In this document: in pieces, positions 24,396 to 32,412 of the stretch | Layout: each line of letters starts with the position of its first letter | Numbering within the stretch: position 1 is the stretch's first letter | Assembly: GCA_964651235.1 (NCBI GenBank) | Contig: CAZYXQ010000002.1 | Location: forward strand, 1 to 32,412 | Origin: an uncultured Gammaproteobacteria bacterium | GTDB lineage: Bacteria; Patescibacteriota; Microgenomatia; UBA1406; GWC2-37-13 | Length of the DNA: 32,412 bases | Direction of reading: 5' to 3' | The notes under the pieces: generated by a model | Seen by the model: only the letters and a program-made list of their open reading frames with translations | What the model was told of the DNA's origin: nothing | Databases searched by the model: none | Position numbers and translations under genes: made by a program

Positions 24396-25169
24396 TTATA
24401 TAAACAGTACTATTATAGCAAGAGCCAGGCGGTATATCCCAAAGGGAACAAGAGAGTTGCTCCGTAAAAAACCGATAAACCATCTCATTACAGCGTAAGC
24501 AACAAAAAAAGAGGTAATAAAGCCTATCGCGATAAACAAAGCATATTCCCCTGATTGTGCAATTATATGTTTCATCTTGTATAAATCATACGCGGCAGCC
24601 ATTGTGATAGTCGGAACTGCAAGAAGAAATGAATATACGGCTGCTTCATCACGCTTATAACCCTGCTTCATGAGATAAAACATAACAATTCCCGACCGTG
24701 AAACCCCGGGAATTACAGCCAGTGCTTGAGAAAAACCGGTAAGAATTGCATCGAGCAGTGTTAATGTGGTAAGTGATTTATGAAGCTTGATTTTTTTTAT
24801 GGAAATCAAATATTCTATTCCGATAAATCCCAATCCAACTGTTATCAATGTGATTACAATCAATGAAAATGACTCAAAAAAAATATTTTTAATTATGCTA
24901 TACAATAAAAATCCGATAACAGCTGTCGGGATAAATGATATACCGATTTTTATTAAGAGGTATTTGTGTTTTTTTATGTAATCAAGATATAACACAACCA
25001 CCGCAAGAATCGCTCCGGATTGAATAAATACCTCAAAGAATTTCAAAAATTCGTTCTGTGACAAATGTAACCATCGCGAAACCAATATAAGGTGTGCAGT
25101 GGATGATACCGGCAAAAACTCAGTTAACCCCTCAACTATACCAAGAAAAAACGATTGAAATATATTCAT
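24396..25169 (-). CDS. uppP: Undecaprenyl-diphosphate phosphatase (BacA/UppP)
   Basis: MNIFQSFFLGIVEGLTEFLPVSSTAHLIL (the EGxxEFLPVSSxxH motif), PGVSRSG, and 8 hydrophobic helices. Confidence 0.93.
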   Translation of the reverse strand: MNIFQSFFLGIVEGLTEFLPVSSTAHLILVSRWLHLSQNEFLKFFEVFIQSGAILAVVVLYLDYIKKHKYLLIKIGISFIPTAVIGFLLYSIIKNIFFESFSLIVITLITVGLGFIGIEYLISIKKIKLHKSLTTLTLLDAILTGFSQALAVIPGVSRSGIVMFYLMKQGYKRDEAAVYSFLLAVPTITMAAAYDLYKMKHIIAQSGEYALFIAIGFITSFFVAYAVMRWFIGFLRSNSLVPFGIYRLALAIIVLFI

Positions 25170-25181
25170 ACATGACCCTTC

Positions 25182-25202
25182 ATGCTGAATTTATTTCAGC
25201 AT
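25182..25202. promoter_or_regulatory. Palindrome 1 in the uppP/GT4 divergent region: ATGCTGAA-N5-TTCAGCAT
   Basis: 8-bp perfect arms (25182-25189 / 25195-25202) with a 5-nt spacer. It sits 13 nt upstream of the uppP start on the other strand. There is no T-run, so it is not a terminator. Confidence 0.45.
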
Positions 25203-25220
25203 CTTACTATTAAACTATAG

Positions 25221-25241
25221 ATCCTGAAACAAGTTCAGGAT
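25221..25241. promoter_or_regulatory. Palindrome 2: ATCCTGAA-N5-TTCAGGAT
   Basis: 8-bp perfect arms (25221-25228 / 25234-25241) with a 5-nt spacer and the same CTGAA...TTCAG core as palindrome 1, 39 bp away centre to centre. It lies just upstream of the TATAAT at 25252-25257. Confidence 0.45.
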
Positions 25242-25263
25242 GACTACATTGTATAATATACTC

Positions 25264-26385
25264 ATGAAAATAGCGATTGTGCATGACCAATTACGTGAGT
25301 TTGGCGGCGCTGAGCGAGTACTTGTTGCCCTAAAAAAGCTTTTTCCTGATGCACCCGTTTATACATCAACATTCTCTGCAGACTCACTTGGAGAACACAA
25401 ATCACTTATACGCAAATGGGATATTCGCGTCTCATGGTTCGGTAAAATTCCACTTTTAAATACACTGTATTCTCCATTCCGTTTTCTTACCCCTCACATC
25501 TGGGAGTCTTTTGATTTTTCTCAATATGACCTTATTATCTCATCAACCGGATCCTGGATGTGTAAGGGCATAAAAACCACAAAACCCACGATACATATAA
25601 GTTATATTCATCACCCTCCCCGGTATCTCTACGGGTATGAAACTGCAATTGAGTGGCAGAAAAATCCGTTCATAAAAATCTATGGAACGTTCATAAACCA
25701 TTTTCTTAGAATGTGGGATTATGATGCATCTTGCAGACCGGATTACCTTATAGCAAATTCAGAAGAGACAAAAAAACGTATACAAAAATTCTATCGACGT
25801 GATTCAACGGTTATTTACCCTCCTGTTTGTATTCCGGAAAAAATCGAAAACGGGAACTTAAAAACTGAAAATTATTATATTACTGTTTCCCGTCTTGCAA
25901 AAGCAAAACATGTGGATCTTCTCATACGGGCATCAAACAAATACGGATTTCATTTAAAGATAATAGGAGTGGGACGCGATTTAAAAAGACTTGAAGGAAT
26001 TGCGGGTAAATACACTGAATTGTTAGGAAATGTTTCTGATGAAAAACTCAAACAATTATATGCAAAAGCGAGGGGTTTTCTTTTTGCCTCAGTCGACGAG
26101 GAGTTTGGTATAGCACCGGTTGAAGCAATGGGATACGGAATGCCTGTTATTGCGTTTGCCTCAGGAGGACTTATTGAAACAGTTACAGAGGGAGTAAACG
26201 GGTACTTGTTTGACAAACTTTCCGAATCATCATTACATCAAAAAATAAAAAAACTTGAGTCCCTTACCGAAAAACAATATGCTGAAATGAAAATAAATGC
26301 CCGAAAAGAAGCGGAAAAATATTCAGAAGAAGTTTTTGAGAAAAAAATCCTTCAATTTATCTCAGATGTTAAATCATTAAGTTGA
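25264..26385 (+). CDS. GT4-family (GT-B fold) glycosyltransferase
   Basis: MKIAIVHDQLREFGGAERV at the N-terminus. C-terminal EEFGIAPVEAMGYGMPVIAFASGGLIETV is the E-x7-E motif region. ATG 25264 is preferred over 25240 (typical GT4 start; TATAAT 6 nt upstream). Confidence 0.88.
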   Translation: MKIAIVHDQLREFGGAERVLVALKKLFPDAPVYTSTFSADSLGEHKSLIRKWDIRVSWFGKIPLLNTLYSPFRFLTPHIWESFDFSQYDLIISSTGSWMCKGIKTTKPTIHISYIHHPPRYLYGYETAIEWQKNPFIKIYGTFINHFLRMWDYDASCRPDYLIANSEETKKRIQKFYRRDSTVIYPPVCIPEKIENGNLKTENYYITVSRLAKAKHVDLLIRASNKYGFHLKIIGVGRDLKRLEGIAGKYTELLGNVSDEKLKQLYAKARGFLFASVDEEFGIAPVEAMGYGMPVIAFASGGLIETVTEGVNGYLFDKLSESSLHQKIKKLESLTEKQYAEMKINARKEAEKYSEEVFEKKILQFISDVKSLS

Positions 26386-26409
26386 ATTTTTTATTCTATC
26401 TTAATTATT

Positions 26410-26437
26410 GAGTTTTGAATTTTGAGTTTTGAGTTTC
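26410..26437 (+). repeat. Heptanucleotide tandem repeat GA(G/A)TTT(T/C) x4, the reverse complement of the AAAA(T/C)TC family seen at 22291
   Basis: GAGTTTT GAATTTT GAGTTTT GAGTTTC, read directly. It lies in the 54-nt gap between the convergent GT4 and permease genes. Confidence 0.9.
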
Positions 26438-26439
26438 CA

Positions 26440-27651
26440 TCATTCATACCGAATCGCCTCCATCGGAGAAAGACTTGCGGCTTTTTTTGCAGGAAAAACG
26501 CCGAAAAAAATACCAATAATGGAAGATGTTGTCACCGCAATAATCATTGATGTTGTATCAATGATTGCGGGAAACACTTCCTGGATAAGGATTACTACTC
26601 CAAAAGCCAAACCCAGTCCTCCCAATCCTCCGATAAGGGACAATAATACGGACTCGGCTAAGAATTGGAATAAAATATCCCGTTCCGTTGCACCCAACGC
26701 CCTACGGATTCCGATCTCACGTATCCGCTCCGTCACTGAGACATACATAATATTCATGATTCCGATACCTCCCACGATAAGCGAAACCGCACCGATTGCA
26801 ACAAGTACCGAATTAAGAATCGCAAAAATTGAACTTATGGTTGATATAAATTCTTTTGAGTCTGCAATAGTAAAATCATCCTCTTTATACCGTTTTAAAA
26901 GAGTTTGTGATATTTTTTCTTTAATAACGGGAACGTCTGCTTCATTTCTTCCGCGTAAAAGCATACTTACAAATGTTTTATTTGGGTTATATACATAAGC
27001 TGTCTTATAAGGAATGTACACGAAACTATCAAAATCAGGCCCTCCGAAACCGCCACCGCCTTTTGATTTTAATATTCCGATTATCTTATAAGTTTGAGTA
27101 CCTTCTACCCTGATTTGTTTTCCAACAGCAAGGAGAGGATTACCATAGATTTTTTCCGCAATTTTTGGACCCATTACCACAACTTTGCTTCTTTTATCAA
27201 CATCGGTCTTATCAAACGATCTCCCGAATTCAATTTCTAAATTTCGGGCAGGAAATATGTCTTCGGAAGCTGCATAGAGTGAACCGTATTCTGCCTTCCC
27301 GTTTCCTTCAAACTTCATCGTTTTGGAATAAATTCCTACAGTATAAGCTGCTTCATCAATTTTTTTTAAATTAATGAGGTCTTTTTCGTCAAATTTTATT
27401 CCTCCAACAGCTCCTGCTGCACTAAACCCACCGCTTTGTCCGAATATTTTTCCCGGCAGCACAAATACCAAATTTGTTCCCAGGCTGTCAAATTGTTGTC
27501 TGATAAATTCCTTTAAGCCAAGACCAAACGCAAGAAGCAATACAACGGATGCAACTCCGATAAGAATTCCAAGTGAGGTCAAAAATGTCCTTAATTTATT
27601 ACGGTATAAATCCGCAAATGCTGAAATTAAAATAAAAAATAAATATTTCAT
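26440..27651 (-). CDS. ABC transporter permease, MacB/FtsX family (paralog 2)
   Basis: N-terminal TM, a roughly 220-aa extracytoplasmic domain (VVVMGPKIAEKIYG...QIRVEGTQTYKIIGILKSKGGGGFGG...), then a 3-TM FtsX module with GIGIMNIMYVSVTERIREIGIRRALGA. ATG 27651 (MKYLFF) aligns with the paralog's start. Confidence 0.88.
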   Translation of the reverse strand: MKYLFFILISAFADLYRNKLRTFLTSLGILIGVASVVLLLAFGLGLKEFIRQQFDSLGTNLVFVLPGKIFGQSGGFSAAGAVGGIKFDEKDLINLKKIDEAAYTVGIYSKTMKFEGNGKAEYGSLYAASEDIFPARNLEIEFGRSFDKTDVDKRSKVVVMGPKIAEKIYGNPLLAVGKQIRVEGTQTYKIIGILKSKGGGGFGGPDFDSFVYIPYKTAYVYNPNKTFVSMLLRGRNEADVPVIKEKISQTLLKRYKEDDFTIADSKEFISTISSIFAILNSVLVAIGAVSLIVGGIGIMNIMYVSVTERIREIGIRRALGATERDILFQFLAESVLLSLIGGLGGLGLAFGVVILIQEVFPAIIDTTSMIIAVTTSSIIGIFFGVFPAKKAASLSPMEAIRYE

Positions 27652-27672
27652 ACAGATATGAATCATACCAAA

Positions 27673-28875
27673 TTATTCGTAACGGATTGCATCAATCGGT
27701 GCAAGATCCGCTGCCTTTTTCGCTGGAAAAACGCCGAAAACAACTCCGATTATTGAAGATACACCAAGGGAAAGCATTATTGACACAGCATCAATATAAG
27801 CGGGGAAAAAGGGTTGTACCAAGGTTACAATAAGATATGCCAAAAACAATCCAACAACCCCGCCAAGAATGGAAAGCAGAACTGACTCTACTAAAAACTG
27901 GTAAAGAATGTCCTTACTTTGTGCACCCAGTGCACGCCTTATCCCGATTTCCCTGATTCGTTCTGATACCGTCACATACATTATATTCATAATTCCGATT
28001 CCACCCACTACAAGGGAAATCGCAGCTATTGCAACCAGTATTGCATTTAATACATTAAATATCTGCTCAATGGTTCCCATAATCTCAGTTTGATCAACTA
28101 CGGAGAACTGTTTATCATCATACCGCTTTAATAACTCTTGTTTAATATCCACCTTTAACCGTTCAACCGCTTCTTTTGATTGTGCTTTTACATACAGAGC
28201 AAAATATTTTTTTTCTGTATTAAATACATAGGATGCCGCGTTTGAGGTAAACACATGGGAATCCATATCAGACCCTCCCAATCCACCACCTCCTTTTGAT
28301 TTGTAAATTCCGATGATTTTGAAATTCTGCCCTTCTATCGTCACTGTCCTTCCGAGCGCATTTATGGTGTTATCAAACAGTTTTTCAGCAATCTTTGGAC
28401 TTATTACAATCGTCTTTGTTCTTTTATCGTTGTCTTTCCGTTCAAGAAGACGCCCTAATTCAACTTGTAAATTCATCACTGCATTAATGTCATTAGTTGA
28501 TGCAACTAGTTCTGCCTGTTCAGATTTGCCATTTGCCTCAATTTCAATCCCTGGTTTTGCAAAAACTGGAGCAATGATATCGCACCCTTTTATTCGTCCA
28601 ACCCTTTGGACATCCCTATCATCAAATTTAATTCCTCCAACCATGCCGGCTCCGCTTGTCATCGCTTTTTCATTTCCCGGCATGATATAGACAAGGTTTG
28701 CACCAAGACTGTCAAACTGATTTGAAATGTATCTCTTTAACCCCAAACCCAAAGCCATAAGAAGTACCACCGATAAAACCCCGATTAAAATCCCAAGAGA
28801 AGTGAGGAGTGTTCTTCCCTTGTTACGGGAAAAATCAAAAAAAGCAGATTTAAAAATGAATGATAGATATCTCAT
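27673..28875 (-). CDS. ABC transporter permease, MacB/FtsX family (paralog 1)
   Basis: Same architecture and motifs as the neighbouring gene (GIGIMNIMYVTVSERIREIGIRRALGA). ATGA overlap with the ATPase gene stop. Confidence 0.9.
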   Translation of the reverse strand: MRYLSFIFKSAFFDFSRNKGRTLLTSLGILIGVLSVVLLMALGLGLKRYISNQFDSLGANLVYIMPGNEKAMTSGAGMVGGIKFDDRDVQRVGRIKGCDIIAPVFAKPGIEIEANGKSEQAELVASTNDINAVMNLQVELGRLLERKDNDKRTKTIVISPKIAEKLFDNTINALGRTVTIEGQNFKIIGIYKSKGGGGLGGSDMDSHVFTSNAASYVFNTEKKYFALYVKAQSKEAVERLKVDIKQELLKRYDDKQFSVVDQTEIMGTIEQIFNVLNAILVAIAAISLVVGGIGIMNIMYVTVSERIREIGIRRALGAQSKDILYQFLVESVLLSILGGVVGLFLAYLIVTLVQPFFPAYIDAVSIMLSLGVSSIIGVVFGVFPAKKAADLAPIDAIRYE

Positions 28876-29549
28876 GAAACTACTTCACCATCACGAATTT
28901 GTATGACCCGTTTTGTTTCTTTTGCTACTGATTGGTCATGTGTCACAATAATTACGGTGATTTTTTCATCTCGGTTAAGTTCTTTTAATAATTTTAAAAT
29001 CTCTGATCCGCTTTTGGAATCAAGATTTCCTGTTGGCTCATCAGCAAGAATTAATGTTGGATTCATAATAAGTGCTCTTGCGATTGCAACGCGTTGTTGT
29101 TGCCCTCCTGATATTTTATTCGGATATGAATGTTCTTTTCCCAATAAACCAAACCTTTCCATCAGATAGAGAGCTTTTTCCTTAGGATCATACTTTAGTT
29201 TACGTCGGGCATAAATGCTAGGCAGCATAATATTTTCCAATATTGTCAGTTTGTTGATGAGATTAAATTGTTGAAATACAAAACCGACAAATTCATTTCT
29301 TAAAGTGGATATCTTGTCGTCTGATAAGAGTGACGTGTTTGTCCCCTGAATAAAAATATCGCCCCTTGTTGGTTTATCCAATAATCCAATGATATGCATT
29401 AGAGTTGATTTACCGCTTCCTGAAGGACCAATAATTGATGTTAATTCTCCTTCTTTTATTGTCACTGAAACATTTTTTAAGGCCTGAAAAAGTGTTTCTC
29501 CCATAAGATATTCCTTCCATGCTTTTTCAACCCTGATAATCTCACTCAT
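28872..29549 (-). CDS. ABC transporter ATP-binding protein (MacB/LolD-type)
   Basis: Walker A GPSGSGKST, signature LSGGQQQRVAIARAL, Walker B LILADEPTGNLD, H-loop VTHD. Confidence 0.93.
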   Translation of the reverse strand: MSEIIRVEKAWKEYLMGETLFQALKNVSVTIKEGELTSIIGPSGSGKSTLMHIIGLLDKPTRGDIFIQGTNTSLLSDDKISTLRNEFVGFVFQQFNLINKLTILENIMLPSIYARRKLKYDPKEKALYLMERFGLLGKEHSYPNKISGGQQQRVAIARALIMNPTLILADEPTGNLDSKSGSEILKLLKELNRDEKITVIIVTHDQSVAKETKRVIQIRDGEVVS

Positions 29550-29553
29550 GATA

Positions 29554-30597
29554 TTATTTGGAGTTTGTAATATAGATCTGATCGTTTTCTGAAAGACCTT
29601 TTAAGACTTCATATACCGTGTCAATTTCTGCTCCTACTTTAATATATGTTTTTACCGGTTTACCCATCACCTTTTTCTCAACATATGTTCCTTTCGCATC
29701 GGAAAGTACATAATTTGAGGGAATCGAGACTACATTGTATTTTTCACTTAAGACAAATGACACGTCTCCTGTCATGCCAAACCGATATTTACTTAAATTT
29801 TCTCCAAGGAGCTTCATTCTTCCTTCATATACGGTCCCTGTCTCTCCGCTTTTTGGAGTATAGGAAAGATATTCAATTTCTCCCATCACTTTTGAATCCG
29901 GAAATGAATCAAAAACCAACTCTCCTTTTTGTCCCTCTTTAAGTTTAACCACTTCTGTTTGGTCTGCAGTAAAGGAAAAATAAAGTGTTTCAGGGTTGAC
30001 TATCTCAAATTCGGCCCCGGTTGGAGTAATGTTTACCCCCGGAAACTTACTGTCTGCCCGGATCACTATACCTTCAATGGGAGAATATAAATATGAATAT
30101 TCACGGGCCAGATCTTGAAGCTCCACATCCAAAACAGAGTTTGTTAAATCATATTGTGCTTTTTCAAGAAGCCGCTTCATCGCATTACCGGCTTCTCTCG
30201 TAGGTTGATCGCCAACCCGGCTGTTATCATCGCCGGACTGATCGAAATCATTACGCTCCTTGGCATAATCATTTAAGGCTTTTTGCATCCGTTTTTGAAC
30301 ATCACGTTGATCCAAAGAGGCAACTCCTTGGTATTTTTTTACCCTGTCACCCTCCTTTACCCCAACCCAGGCCAGTCTTCCGGATGTTTGAAAGCGAAGT
30401 ATCACATGTTCATCGGCCTGTATCTCTCCGGAAAGAGATAGGGTCTCCCGAAGATCTTCTCTTTTTATGGTATACAACGATTCCTTTTCTTTTTTTGCTG
30501 CAACAGACTGTTGATTGTAGAAATAAATCCCAACTCCTACAATAAGAATAACCAAGACATACCATCTTTTTTTTATCACAGAAAAAACACTCTTCAT
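29554..30597 (-). CDS. HlyD/MacA-like membrane-fusion (periplasmic adaptor) protein
   Basis: N-terminal anchor WYVLVILIVGVGIYFY, a lipoyl-like segment (GEIQADEHVILRFQTSGRLAWVGVKEGDRVKK), a coiled-coil/charged hairpin, and beta-barrel segments (GMTGDVSFVL). It is the first gene of the ABC operon. ATG 30597 is preferred over TTG 30618. Confidence 0.8.
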   Translation of the reverse strand: MKSVFSVIKKRWYVLVILIVGVGIYFYNQQSVAAKKEKESLYTIKREDLRETLSLSGEIQADEHVILRFQTSGRLAWVGVKEGDRVKKYQGVASLDQRDVQKRMQKALNDYAKERNDFDQSGDDNSRVGDQPTREAGNAMKRLLEKAQYDLTNSVLDVELQDLAREYSYLYSPIEGIVIRADSKFPGVNITPTGAEFEIVNPETLYFSFTADQTEVVKLKEGQKGELVFDSFPDSKVMGEIEYLSYTPKSGETGTVYEGRMKLLGENLSKYRFGMTGDVSFVLSEKYNVVSIPSNYVLSDAKGTYVEKKVMGKPVKTYIKVGAEIDTVYEVLKGLSENDQIYITNSK

Positions 30598-30618
30598 ATA
30601 TTTATTATGACATAACAA

Positions 30619-31752
30619 TTATAAAAATGGGAGCCATTCCGAAATCGGCATGATGTTATAGATCAAGAAATTCCACGTATACATAAAAATCCCGAATAAG
30701 AGAATCCCAAATATTATTCTGAATTGTTTGGAGGTAAAAAATGACTCAAACGCTATTACTGAAAGAGGTAATAAGGGTAAACTATAACGGCTTATGTCAC
30801 GATGTTGTACGAATAAAGTGGCTGTAAAAAAGATCAAAGCGAAATAAAAAAAACTTTTGTATGTACTTGATTTCAACTGATACACTGCAAGTCCGTAAAA
30901 CGCAAAATACCATAATATGTCCTCCAACCAGGCAGTACCGACCCAGTTTTTTTGAAAATTAAATACTGAAAAAGGAAATACCAGATGAATATTGTCACCT
31001 GAATTAAAATATGCAAAAAAATCTCCCATTCTGAAATAGTAAAGTAAACATACTCCCACAAAACCGAGCGGTACGATTATGATTCCTATCCAGGAAATCT
31101 TTGCTTTTCTTGTTTTTGAAAATTCCTCGAGAAATGCACAAATATATGCAAGAAAAAGAAGGAGTCCGGGAGTTTTTGTTGCAGAGGCTAACCCACCCAA
31201 TAAACCTGAAAGAACATAATTCTTTTTTTCAAAAAAATAAAGGGATGTTAGGAGCAAAAACAAAAATAAGGTCTCAGGTGCGCCGACTGATCGCACAACA
31301 AGAAATCGAGGGAACATCATAAACACTACGGTTAATAAAACCGGATGATGTGTTAACTTAAACCGCTTGACAATATAAAAGAAAGCCAAACCCAATAATG
31401 TTGAAAACAGAAGCGTTATTCCGATCATGGATTTTAAATAACCGACAAACGGTGCAAATAACCCTATCAAAATCGGATACAGAGGGAGATGGGCAGCAAA
31501 ATATCTTCCGTCTCTTGGTAAAACACTATCCCTGTTTATCGTATCAAATTCTTTCAGGCCATATACCGTTTTTGCAGGAATGATATACAAAGGTCCGTCA
31601 AAATGTTTATATATATATGAAAAATTTGAGTCAGGAATATGCAACCCAATCCAATTCTCGGATCTGATCAAAAAAGGCAACCATACGAGAAGGGTGGTTG
31701 CGAGGATTACACATAATAAGGTAAAATAGGGAATGGCGCGTTTTACGTTCAT
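30619..31752 (-). CDS. Polytopic membrane protein, GT-C-like (tentative)
   Basis: About 10 hydrophobic helices. The motif FDGPLYIIPAKTVYG...YFAAHLPLYPILIG parallels the FDGVHYLNIA...FFPLYPLL motif of the 15936 gene. ATG 31752 (MNVKRAIPYF) is chosen because the track's extension to 31887 is antisense to the gene at 31733. Confidence 0.6.
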   Translation of the reverse strand: MNVKRAIPYFTLLCVILATTLLVWLPFLIRSENWIGLHIPDSNFSYIYKHFDGPLYIIPAKTVYGLKEFDTINRDSVLPRDGRYFAAHLPLYPILIGLFAPFVGYLKSMIGITLLFSTLLGLAFFYIVKRFKLTHHPVLLTVVFMMFPRFLVVRSVGAPETLFLFLLLTSLYFFEKKNYVLSGLLGGLASATKTPGLLLFLAYICAFLEEFSKTRKAKISWIGIIIVPLGFVGVCLLYYFRMGDFFAYFNSGDNIHLVFPFSVFNFQKNWVGTAWLEDILWYFAFYGLAVYQLKSSTYKSFFYFALIFFTATLFVQHRDISRYSLPLLPLSVIAFESFFTSKQFRIIFGILLFGIFMYTWNFLIYNIMPISEWLPFL

Positions 31753-32412
31753 AACTGAATGGGTTAAAAAAAACAAAGTTCTCAGTCTGATTATACTATG
31801 TCTGATATTTCTACGCATCTTTAGGCTTGCCGACTTTGCGATGTTTTTAGCTGACCAGGGGCGTGATGCTATCATCATCCGACGCATTGCACTCCTTCAG
31901 GACTTTCCTCTAATCGGTCCACCAAGCTCCATGGGTCAAGTATACTTAGGACCTTTTTTTTACTATCTGGTTGCGCCCTTTTTACTTCTTACATTATTTA
32001 ATCCAGTTGGTTTAGCTTTTGGGGTATCGATTTTATCCATAATCGGATTACTCTTTGCTTTTATCATTGTCTCAAGATCTGTTGACAAAAAAACAGGTTT
32101 CATATTTCTTCTTCTTATTACGTTTTCATATCAACTTATCTGGTTTGCCAGATTTTCCTGGAATCCGAATCTGTTACCAATTTTTTCTTTCTTTACCCTT
32201 TATTTTTTTTATCTCTCTCTGAAAACCCACAAAACACTGCATGCTTTAACCTACGGACTTTTGTTTGGTTTTTCGTTTCAGCTGCATCATTTAGCAGCAT
32301 TTCTTGTCGCACCTCTTGGTTTATGGTATGTGATTGAACTCCTGTCACAAAAAAACAAAAAACAGGTTTTTATCTCACCTTTTATCGCGCTTTACTCATT
32401 TCTGGTTGCTTC
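31733..32412 (+). CDS. ArnT/PMT-like GT-C glycosyltransferase, N-terminal part (3'-truncated by the window edge; absent from the ORF track)
   Basis: My own translation from ATG 31733 is open to the last base: MARFTFITEWVKKNKVLSLIILCLIFLRIFRLADFAMFLADQGRDAIIIRRIALLQDFPLIGPPSSMGQVYLGPFFYYLVAPF... The (F)L(A/G)DQGRD...GP.SS.G..YLGPFFYY pattern is typical of a subgroup of GT39/ArnT-like membrane glycosyltransferases. An upstream in-frame stop TAG lies at 31727. Confidence 0.7.
   Translation, partial: MARFTFITEWVKKNKVLSLIILCLIFLRIFRLADFAMFLADQGRDAIIIRRIALLQDFPLIGPPSSMGQVYLGPFFYYLVAPFLLLTLFNPVGLAFGVSILSIIGLLFAFIIVSRSVDKKTGFIFLLLITFSYQLIWFARFSWNPNLLPIFSFFTLYFFYLSLKTHKTLHALTYGLLFGFSFQLHHLAAFLVAPLGLWYVIELLSQKNKKQVFISPFIALYSFLVA

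Noticed and set aside
22291-26437. Heptamer arrays as terminal inverted repeats of a 4.1-kb mobile unit
   Set aside because: The left array lies inside an apparently intact NUDIX coding region. No transposition genes or target-site duplications are visible. It is reported only as a repeat observation.
31753-31887. N-terminal 45-aa extension of the 30619..31887 ORF
   Set aside because: It is antisense to the clearly homologous GT-C N-terminus on the plus strand (31733 onward) and is Arg/Ser-rich with no hydrophobic character. The start was moved to ATG 31752.

Overview
A 32.4-kb, AT-rich, very compact bacterial chromosomal segment. It uses the standard genetic code: TAA, TGA and TAG all end well-supported genes. 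Shine-Dalgarno motifs are almost absent. By inference only, the gene content and style resemble a small-genome uncultivated bacterium (CPR/Patescibacteria-like).

Gene order:
- 5'-truncated GT-C-like membrane protein, then rubrerythrin.
- A run of four GH130 (glycoside phosphorylase-like) modules. The first is degenerate and is cut by a single in-frame TAA. They are coupled to a NUDIX hydrolase and followed by enolase.
- A small membrane ORF and a bidirectional terminator.
- groES-groEL on the minus strand; GroES carries a Cys-rich insert.
- A Lon-type AAA+ module with no protease domain.
- A minus-strand copper operon: csoR, an HMA/TauE-like/Cys-Met-domain membrane protein, and a CopA P1B-ATPase with an unusual roughly 250-aa extracytoplasmic C-terminal extension, followed by a NUDIX gene. 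A near-perfect palindromic operator lies in its promoter.
- PIG-V-like GT-C membrane protein, membrane-anchored cyclophilin, and a GNAT plus hypothetical gene pair.
- tRNA-Cys preceded by two perfect 57-bp units that each copy its first 17 nt, then a GC-rich structured spacer and tRNA-Ser.
- A small accessory patch: DUF559-like nuclease, small membrane proteins, a DUF2164-like protein.
- Metallophosphoesterase, cupin and a third NUDIX.
- tRNA-Gly, a charged orphan protein, then a tRNA-Phe/Ile(UAU)/Ala/Arg cluster.
- uppP, twin palindromes, and a GT4 glycosyltransferase.
- A MacAB/YknXYZ-like ABC efflux operon: adaptor, ATPase and two FtsX permeases.
- Two divergent GT-C-like membrane proteins. 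The last is missing from the ORF track because it runs off the window.

No rRNA, CRISPR array, transposase or integrase was seen. All functional calls come from reading motifs in the translations; no database search was possible.
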